A stretch of DNA of 64,000 bases from Trichosphaerium sp. ATCC 40318 (lineage: Eukaryota; Protista; Tubulinea): positions 124,001-188,000 of the forward strand of contig JALMLS010000277.1 in the NCBI GenBank assembly GCA_038496445.1, read 5' to 3'. Below, piece after piece: positions 54,397 to 64,000 of the stretch. Both the position numbers and the translations under genes were made by a program. The notes under the pieces were generated by a model. It ran no database searches. It was not told the origin of the DNA and was given only the letters and a program-made list of their open reading frames with translations. The first letter of the stretch is position 1. Each line of letters starts with the position of its first letter.

Positions 54397-55194
54397 CTAG
54401 TTGGTACATGCGATGTCGCAGTTTCCGTTGTTTGTCAGAATAGCACTTGGCCCACCACTACCGTTACCGTCAATGGCTTCAGTGCCAGTCCAACAGAACA
54501 AATAAGAATTGTAGATGTAGATTTCAGAAAACTTCCATCCATCATTACCAAGAATGTACAGTTCTACGCCATCCAATACTTTGTTTGTGTCCTTTGATGG
54601 TTGATCTCTCATGTAGAAGTAATCTCGAGCACCTTCTTGGTAGTCGTTTCTGTTTGGGTCATCGACGTGGTCGCTCCATGCTGACTTGGAACCATCGGTG
54701 TAGATGTATCTGTATTTAACTGGTGAGTTTGTACCGTCGTTTGGTCCGCTCGTTGTCTGAGTCACGATGAAGGTATCTTCTTCGCCTGCATCCGTTATGA
54801 GGGCTCCCTTGGCATATGTATCTCCACTAGCGCCACCGTGTACGAGGTTACAACTTGTCATGTAAAACAGATTACAGGTAACGTCGTTGTAGATGGTGTA
54901 GTATCCACATCGTGGGTCGTTGTCGCACATTTCTTGGCATTGAACCTTTGAAACCGAAAAGTCTCGAGTGAATGAGCACTCCCCAGGTCCTCCTACCCAG
55001 TCACAATGGGTCACTGTTGATCCAGCGATGTTGCCATTACAGTAAATAAACCTGCCGGCATGCATGTCCTTGCGACACCCAGAGCACGTTAGAGTTGAAC
55101 CGGTAGCCAGCGTGTTGTATTCATAAGTGTCGGCATGAATGAAGGATAGACAAATGAGAAGGGAAAGCAAGAGTAATAAGGTTGAGACAGTCAT
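54397..55194 (-). CDS. Secreted PAN/apple + PLAT/LH2 domain protein, intronless
   Basis: Signal MTVSTLLLLLSLLICLSFIHA; PAN-like CQEMCDNDPRCGYYTIY..CNL; PLAT-like T..GTNSPV..NDYQEGARDYF..NDGWKFSEI. Confidence 0.75.
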   Translation of the reverse strand: MTVSTLLLLLSLLICLSFIHADTYEYNTLATGSTLTCSGCRKDMHAGRFIYCNGNIAGSTVTHCDWVGGPGECSFTRDFSVSKVQCQEMCDNDPRCGYYTIYNDVTCNLFYMTSCNLVHGGASGDTYAKGALITDAGEEDTFIVTQTTSGPNDGTNSPVKYRYIYTDGSKSAWSDHVDDPNRNDYQEGARDYFYMRDQPSKDTNKVLDGVELYILGNDGWKFSEIYIYNSYLFCWTGTEAIDGNGSGGPSAILTNNGNCDIACTN

Positions 55195-56585
55195 CACGTG
55201 TTGCTTTGATGTTCTTACGTTTTGGTGTATTTTGCTTTTGTTAAGTTGTTGGTGTGTTCGACTAACTTGATTGTTAAAAACTGGTTTGAGCAGGTTGAAA
55301 ACGAGTATAGTGTAGTTTGGATAGCCTGAGACCTGGCCATATTTTTTTTTTGGGGTCACGTAGTCGGGTGTTCATTAAAACTGACCTTCGTCGAAAATAC
55401 ACGTGGATGGTAACGCACGATTAGAAATACACGTGTAAACTAACACGAATAATCTCATGGATAGTGTACAGCTTTAACAACAAAAATAGCGCATTTTCTT
55501 ATTGAGTGTAAGATTTAAGACGGTGTTTCACATGTTGAGGACAAAAAAGGCAGGGAGATTGAAATATTAAACAATCAGCAGTATTATGCTTGTTTTTCGT
55601 GTATCCAGCAAAAAAGTAGCAAAATTGTATTTTTACTTTTTATAGCCTGACCACATGAGCGTACACCATATTAATCTAGACTACAGAGCGTATATTACTG
55701 TACAATCATTCAATGATTCACTATTTCCGTTTTTTTCACAAAAGTTCACTGAATTTTGGCTGGTACTAAAGCGTTAGCTCAAATCGAAATGCGTGGTAGG
55801 TAGCTGCTTAAGCAATCCCCTTTGATTGTCACCAACTATAAGGGTTATTCCAATTATTGTCTCAAGTTGCGTTCCTGATCCGTTTGTGTTTTTACCTGAA
55901 CCAAGAATACTTGGTAACAATTTAGCTAAAAGTACTTTAGCTAAAAATATGTGCCACATCATCACCTATTTTACACGTGAAAGCCCTCAGTTTTGAATAT
56001 TGAAACAAAAATATCTGCGTTGTATTTCACTACTATCCAGTATTTGGGTAAACACTATCAAGTGTGCACCATTCTTATCTTACATGCGAACCACGCTACT
56101 TGAGACCTCTGTTAATTTTGCTTAATTTCACGAACTGGATATCAAAAGGCGCAGTAAACTTTAATATTACAGCGTTTGAATATCCCGTAGACTCAGGCAA
56201 CAATGAGTATTGCAGTCGATAATCAGGTTCACGAAGAGTCACCAAAATAAAACTATCACTGCTATCACTCTGCAAGCATGCTTTGTAGAAGCAACAGTAC
56301 TCACAACTGTAGAGGCATAAGACAAAGAATTGGTTTGTGCACATAAACAATCTTTACAACATTAACAATAAACAAGGCAGTTCACAAATGCATTGCCAAT
56401 AGAGCTACAACCAAAACAATATTTTACCGTATAAAATGATAGTAAGCTTGAATAATGTATAGCTCTATCTAACAGAGTATCGCTCATAAAGCCTAAATAA
56501 ACGAAACAAAAGGATACCATGAAAAAAAAAAAGAGGTAATTGATGAGATGAGGGGCTTTATTTAAAAGCAAGTATTGGGTTGGTA

Positions 56586-57038
56586 CTAGTTGATACAACC
56601 GAGATCGCAGTTTCCATTGTTTGTCAGAATAGCACTTGGACCACCACTACCGTTACCGTCAATGGCTTCAACACCAGTCCAACAGAACAAATAAGAATTG
56701 TAGATGTAGATTTCAGAAAACCTCCATCCATCATTACCAAGAATGTACAGCTCTACGCCATCCAATATTTTGTTTGGGTCCTTTGATGGTTGATCTCTCA
56801 TACGGAAGTGATCTCGAGCACCACCCTCGTGGTCGTCTCTGTTTGGGTTATCTACGTGGTCGCTCCATGCTGAGTGGGTACCATCAGTGTAGACATATCT
56901 GTATCTAACGTGTGAGTCGGTACCATCGTTTGCTCCACTCGTTGTCTGAGTCACAATGAAGGTATCTTCCGCGTTCGCATGAATGAAGGACAGACAAATG
57001 AGAAAGGAAAGCGAGAGTAATAAGGTTGAGACAGTCAT
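56586..57038 (-). CDS. Secreted PLAT/LH2-only paralog, intronless
   Basis: Near-identical signal peptide and PLAT region to 54397-55194, lacking the Cys-rich/PAN block. Confidence 0.75.
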   Translation of the reverse strand: MTVSTLLLSLSFLICLSFIHANAEDTFIVTQTTSGANDGTDSHVRYRYVYTDGTHSAWSDHVDNPNRDDHEGGARDHFRMRDQPSKDPNKILDGVELYILGNDGWRFSEIYIYNSYLFCWTGVEAIDGNGSGGPSAILTNNGNCDLGCIN

Positions 57039-57949
57039 TACGTGTTGCTTGATGTTTGTAAGTTTTAGTGTTTTTGCTAAGTCGGTTTTGTTGATCAATT
57101 GGATTTGTGTTCGACTGAGTTGATTTGTTTTAAAACTGGTTGAGCAGGTTGAAAACAAGTGTGGTTTACGTTGGTTAGCATTAGACCTGGCCAGATATTT
57201 TTTTGGGGTCAAGTAGTCGGGTGTTCATTAAAACTGACCTTCGTCGAAAATACACGTGGATGGTAACGCACGATTAGAAATACACGTGTAACAAACTTCA
57301 ATTGTCTCATGAAGGTAAGTATAGATACATTGTAGAGCTTTTACAAAATGTTTTCATACTACCTTTGCTGTAAAACCCAACTCTGTTTTCGTTGTATTTT
57401 CAAAAAGTGGAAAACAATTTGTTTGATTTTGCCAGATAGACAGAGGTATAATTCAGACCGCATTAAATACAGCCAGTAAAAGTACCAACCGCAATCAGAA
57501 GAAAAGGTGATATAACATTTATCTAGACCACAGTAGTAACATTCAAAGATTCACTATTTCCGAGTTTTTTGTGGAAAATTGATTTGTGGACCTTTGAGAT
57601 TGATGGCTTGAAAGGTTGTTACTGTAACAACTGTATTTATTGTATATTTATATAATAGTCCACTCCAAAGTTGTTATGTCTGCTTTCACTGGTAGAGGTC
57701 TAAATACTCTTGCGTGGGTCTTTCTTGCTTGCTATTCTCCTTCATTCTCATTTCTTTACGATTTTTTGTTGCTGTGGATAGTCTTGAAACGAATCCTATG
57801 GTGAGTCCGGTCATTACTGGTTTTACAGCAAGCAATAGTTCCGCTCTCAAGCTGAGTACGGCAATCCACTTTTATCACTTTTTTGTTTACGCTCATTGTA
57901 TTCAATTCTTTGCACTCTAATGTCATTGTAGTAATCTCTTTCTAAGGCT

Positions 57950-60900
57950 TCAATGTACATCCATTTCACGTGGTGCCATCAACTTCCGTTTCTCTAAATT
58001 GCATGTTAGTGTTTCCTTGTCAAAAAGAAAAGTATATTAAACCTCTATTCCACGCTTCATGTGCTAACAGAGGTGATGTTCCAGGTGCGATAATTAAATC
58101 GATCTCAGGTTTATAGTACTTTATGGTAGCAACAAGGGATTCTATATCACCTTTCCACCAAAAAGGGACAGGTACCAAGCAAATTCCTAATTGGTGAAAG
58201 GTTAAAAACTTAGTTTACAAAAAAGGTCTTCAGAAACAGTCTTTGAAATCAAAGCTAAAGTTTATATGAGTACCTGACTCTGCGCATATTTGTTGCTTTT
58301 CTGAGTCTCTGTTGCTTTGTGTATGTAATGTATCGTTTATGTAAGTGTTTCCATAATGCTGTTCACCTAGAATTAGTTGTAAGTCAAGAGAAGCTCGCAA
58401 AATAAATGAAGTTAAGTACCTTGATACTCAAAAGCCAAGCTGTGCTCAGGAATATACGCATCAATGGTCATTGTTTCTGATCTATACCTCAAACCCAATA
58501 CATGTTCTTCTAATACCTCACAACTATCGAAAATACGACGCAGCATGGATACCATAAACCTAATGAAAATTGGTATGAGCAATAATATCTTGTCGCTTGC
58601 TTACAATTGCCTGGTGGCTTTTCTCTTGGACGAAAATCTCTGCCAATCCCATTCATAAGTAGGCTCTAATGTTTTTAATATTCTAGGCCACTTGTTGAGT
58701 AATCCAGATGCACCAACTTCACGTAGTTGGTTTAAGGACACACGATACCTTTAAACAAAAAAAACAAATTCAGTACAATAAAAACAACCAGAAACGTACC
58801 ACTCCTCAGGGTTGTCTATACCAATCTGATTCTCAATATGCTTTAGAAAGTTTCTTTGGTTGACAGTTGAGTGCCAGAACCCGTTCCTTCGCTTGACTTG
58901 GTTACCACCGACATACATGTTCTTTACAATCCCGCTTAGAGCACTTTACAAAAGTTAGCTAAACGAGTTCAGCTTTTGCAGGTGTACCGCTGCTTCGTTC
59001 TCTTATCACGCTTATGGAAATGTGCCCATTGCCAATCTTGATCAGGGTAAACTAAAGATAGCGCCTCAGGGTAGAACTTTAGCAATCCAGATCCACCAAA
59101 TGATACAATCTCGGAGCTAGACACATGGTACCTAAAAAACATTAGATGTAATTCAAGTGATAACTGATGAAGAACATACCAATCGTCAGGATTGTTTATA
59201 CCCTGCTTAGCAGCAAATGCAGTAATGAATGCTTTTTTATTATCATCGCTGTGCCAGAACTTATATCCGTTGTAAACATAGTCTTCACTCCTTTCTACGC
59301 GCCTACACAGAGAAATCTGTCAGCAAACAAACAACTTGTTTTCAAAACAAAAATGAAAATAACGTGCTTTCTTGTAAACCCTTCAGTGTCCCATTTAAAA
59401 TCGGGATACACTGCCTTTAATGTACGCACTAGAGATCCGCCGTTCCTATTAAACAGTAAGAATAGTTTAATCAAAATGATTTACTAAGCATACTTTGCAA
59501 GAACACATGCTGCGCCCATGTCTTTCACATCTTTATATTTTATGCCATACCAATCTTCTTTTTTATCAAAATTTAATGCTTTTGCTACTTGGTCCAAGGC
59601 TTCCCTCTGATTATCTATATCATTCCAAAAACTCTTTGGAGCATACCTTTACAAATAAATCAATTAAAAAAACATCAAAAATGACACGTGATTTAAGGAA
59701 ACTAGTCCGAAAAAGATTGATTAATTAGGTAGGTGCACAGCATCCAAAATCACTTGGGTTTTGTTCTGCCCAATACAATCAAAGATGGGTAAAAAACGAT
59801 AATACACAGGCAATAGGTAAGCCAAAAATAATAAAAACTTGAATGTTTGGGAAGAAAAAAAAAGTACTTGAATCGTCTCATCTCCCATTTATATTCTGGA
59901 TAAATAGCTATCAAACTAGCGCTAACAGAATCACCATATCTAAGGTATTATAATAAGCATCATAAATCCATTGTTGTGATACATACTCACGCATGACTTG
60001 CAGTCCGCCGTGACTAGCAATATCTCTGTATGAATAATTATACCAGCCATCATGTTCTACAATACCAAGTTCCTTCTTAATTGAATCAAAAAGTTCACGT
60101 TGGTTTTTAGGGTTTCGCCAAAAATAAGAAGGCGATTTTCTAGTACGGAGTCAGACAGAAGAGGGAGTACTCAAACTATTGAGCGTACACAAACTTTGTA
60201 ATCTTCCAGTCATATTCCGGAAAACCCTTTGAGAGTACCTTTATCAATGAACCACCAAGCCTAAACGAAAATCAACACCAGTTGAAAAGTTCTTTTTTTT
60301 TCTCATTGTGGTACTTACATATCCAGAGTTGCCGCGCCTCCTTTACGACGTACTTCAGTTTGGCTTATATCGTACCATGAACTGAGTGTCTTTATCTTTA
60401 GTATCTTTGACATCTTATTAATGAATGACTTGCTTGCTTTGGAATGGTCTTCTGAAAGCATTGGTGATCCTTTTACTGTGCTATATAGCACGTGATTAAA
60501 TATAACTCAACACGTGATCATAGAGTACCTGAATTCATTTCTTTCCCATAGATGCTCTGGATAGATAGCCTTGAGTGCATGAACAAGGTTGAAAGAGTAG
60601 CTTGAAATTTGAGTTACAACAAAAAAACAGAAAGTATGATGCTGACTTACAGTTGCAGAATGGAGCTTGCACCTAATTTACATACAGTCTTGAGCGATAC
60701 AGAATACCAGTCAGACTGCTTAGAAATCCCAAGTTGTTGTTTTAGGCTGTCAAAAAATTGCCGTTGTGCTACAATGTCTCTACTACGCCCTAGAATCCAT
60801 GATAAGCAATAACGCTGATCATTTCAAAAGAAAAAGCGCCAATCATAGTACTATTGGCCAAAACGCATAAATACACGCTGTTAGAGCAATAAAAACAGCA

Positions 60901-60967
60901 CAGTTCCGCTACTACACTTACTTTGTACTTTTTTCGCCTTCATCGAATGGATTACACTTCGACGCAT
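57950..60967 (-). CDS. Tandem helical-repeat protein with C-terminal PD-(D/E)xK/RAP-like endonuclease domain, possibly mitochondrial
   Basis: About 6 repeats of W..NQR.FF..I...L.I....WY.V....I...GG..L...L...L...YP...W...F; C-terminal IDAYIPEHSLAFEYQGEQHY..DSEK..C..GICLVPVPFWW; Arg-rich start MRRSVIHSMK. Confidence 0.75.
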
Positions 60968-61061
60968 CGTAAATAACACTATTATGCATGAATCAATGCC
61001 GAAGCGTGTATTTGATTGGTCAAAAAAAGTACTTTGACAGTTTCATCCTCCAATAACTCAA

Positions 61062-61639
61062 ATGGTGCCGTATATACTCTATTATTTGTACACTCGTTAA
61101 TATTACCTCAGGCAGAAGTTCCAGACGTAACGTGGGACGACCAACAAAAAATAAACCAATTCCATCGCCTGTCTACAAAGAAAGCCGAGACAGAAGAGAA
61201 AATCAAAGCTTTAAAAGTAATTTCGGCATAGAAAGCGCGTAAACGCTCATTTTTCCATTTAGGAGCATATTGAAAACTTGGAGGATGCTCAGGGTGACGT
61301 AGCGCTTTGCGATGAAGAAACCATCAAGTGTGTAATTTTTTGTACCTTTGTTCACAATAATCGCTAGAAAGACACTAATGAGCATAGATATTATATTGGC
61401 GGCGTTTTCGTCAACATCCCACAAGATGAGGCTGATGAATACATTGAAGAGCAGCTAACTGAAAAACAAGAGGCCTGTACAAAGGAAGAGGGTCAACTAG
61501 AAGAACTAGACACTAATTTGAACAAATTGAAAGTATTGTTGAAAGCCAAGTACGTCTTATTAACAACACAACTCCCTTTACACCTTTACTCAACACTGAC
61601 ACTTTTAGATTCGGTGACGCCATTGGCCTAGAAGCGTAA
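61062..61639 (+). CDS. PFDN4: Prefoldin subunit 4
   Basis: VTWDDQQKINQF, ENLEDA, YYIGGVF and LKVLLKAKFGDAIGLE. Confidence 0.9.
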
Positions 61640-61890
61640 ACAATAAAACAAAAAACTTTCTAAACAAACTAGCGCTTTTGTTCAAAGACATTGCCTCAAG
61701 TTACTATTCTGTGGTGTTGTAAAAAGAGTTGTTTTTCATGAAAACCAACAGTACATCGTCTTTAGAAGTTAACAAAACAGTTTATTAGTGCGAGTAACAA
61801 AGCAGCTTTTTTTTTTTTGCGTTAACGTCATGTCTTGTATTGCATTGCTCTTATTTACAACGTTACCAGCGAAGATAAAATTACAGATCA

Positions 61891-63093
<1,203 letters not shown>

Positions 63094-63362
63094 GGTTTAT
63101 GTTGAATTGCTTGTTGCTTGAAAAGCTTGAGAGGCAGTTTGACTAAAAGAAATTACGTTTTTTTTGATGACCATCATATTCATCACAAAAAATATTATTT
63201 TCTTTCACATCCTGCGGTTAAAGTAACCCATTTCACCAACAACCACAAAATATTTAAAAACCCTTTATTGTACAAAGCCTCAATCGCTGTAAAATACAGG
63301 TTGGAAAGAGTTATCCGCTAGTTTACAGGCATTGATCTACTGGGCGAACTTTAGGAAGCTCT

Positions 63363-64000
63363 CTACGCTCGAATAACCTAAAAACAGCCGGTCAATTTTT
63401 TAAATCCATCAAAACAATCAAACACGCACTCTTATCCTTGACTTCTCTGTTATAGCTAACGCCTGAGGTTCGATATCGTGGCAGATAATAACACAAGCCA
63501 AAGTTCCTTGAGGGTTCTGGGACTTGTACATCTTACCGATACGGATCAATAAGACAACGTCAGCCGCGCGTACACTCTATAAGTAACCGTGTGAGTAGTC
63601 CAATAACGCGTACATGAAAAAAAATTCGAGAGAAAAAAACGTGCATCTCGGGTATCACAAAGGAAAGTGTCTTCTCCACTGTGTATTGTATCTATCTCTA
63701 CATTGGAAGGATAGCCGTACCTGTAGATCATATTAAAAACAAAGGAACTACGCGTTCAGAGAAAGAGGTCTACGCACACTGTGCCTTTACTATCGAAGGT
63801 CTTCCAGTGATCTACTCTTGCTCCAGGGAATTCACGAGAGATAGTTTGTTTTAATGGAATAGGATGTCTAGCACCACTAAAAAGAAAAAACAGAGTAAGT
63901 AGCTGTATCAACAAGTAGCGCTTACTTCTCTTGACGAGCTTCTTTTATCTTTTGACGTAACGTCTTAAATTCTTCTGCAATTACTTCGCGTATCATGCTA
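63363..64000 (-). CDS. 3' part of a gene encoding a coiled-coil and archaeal DUF3782-like PD-(D/E)xK-fold protein
   Basis: Spliced: ..GAR..VDHWKTFDSKGTVYGYPSNVEIDTIHSGEDTFLCDTRD|SVRAADVVLLIRIGKMYK..CVIICHDIEPQALAITEKSRIRVIRA*. The family was recognised from memory of the motif. Confidence 0.6.

Larger units (their letters stand above)
54350..57290. repeat. Tandem direct duplication (about 54350-55437 and 56538-57290) including promoter and 3' flank
   Basis: Shared 3' flank aattgatgagatgaggggctttatttaaa and an identical upstream block gtagtcgggtgttcattaaaactgaccttcgtcgaaaatacacgtggatgg. Confidence 0.92.

Noticed and set aside
55195-55359. N-terminal extensions of the PLAT ORFs in the ORF track (also 57039-57212)
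   Set aside because: Non-ATG starts in a eukaryote; the real ATG directly precedes the signal peptide.

Overview
This is AT-rich, gene-dense eukaryotic nuclear DNA with many short (about 35-200 nt) spliceosomal introns. It is probably a protist, and the gene families and GTAC-type donors suggest Amoebozoa (inference). I rebuilt about 30 gene models by hand-splicing the ORF fragments; boundaries are manual and unverified by RNA data. Housekeeping genes include MAN2C1, DDX23/PRP28, MSH6, GNPDA, WTAP, a sphingosine kinase, PFDN4, UBE2D, two Ras-family GTPases, an Arf-like GTPase, a PRA1 protein, an M14 carboxypeptidase and an ankyrin-TKL kinase. They are interspersed with intron-containing genes of prokaryote-like families: TerB-like, YjjX-type ITP/XTPase, CybB-type cytochrome b561 with a mitochondrial presequence, a TPM-domain protein and an archaeal DUF3782-like nuclease-fold protein. 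There are also intronless accessory genes (an F-box/LRR pair, one a pseudogene; an ankyrin protein; tandem secreted PLAT proteins), a frameshifted HEPN-motif gene and a helical-repeat/endonuclease protein. Three window-wide signals stand out: strong enrichment of CACGTG in long introns and intergenic DNA, repeated GC-AG introns mostly with GCAC donors, and very short head-to-head gene spacers. I found no rRNA, tRNA, CRISPR array or intact transposon.
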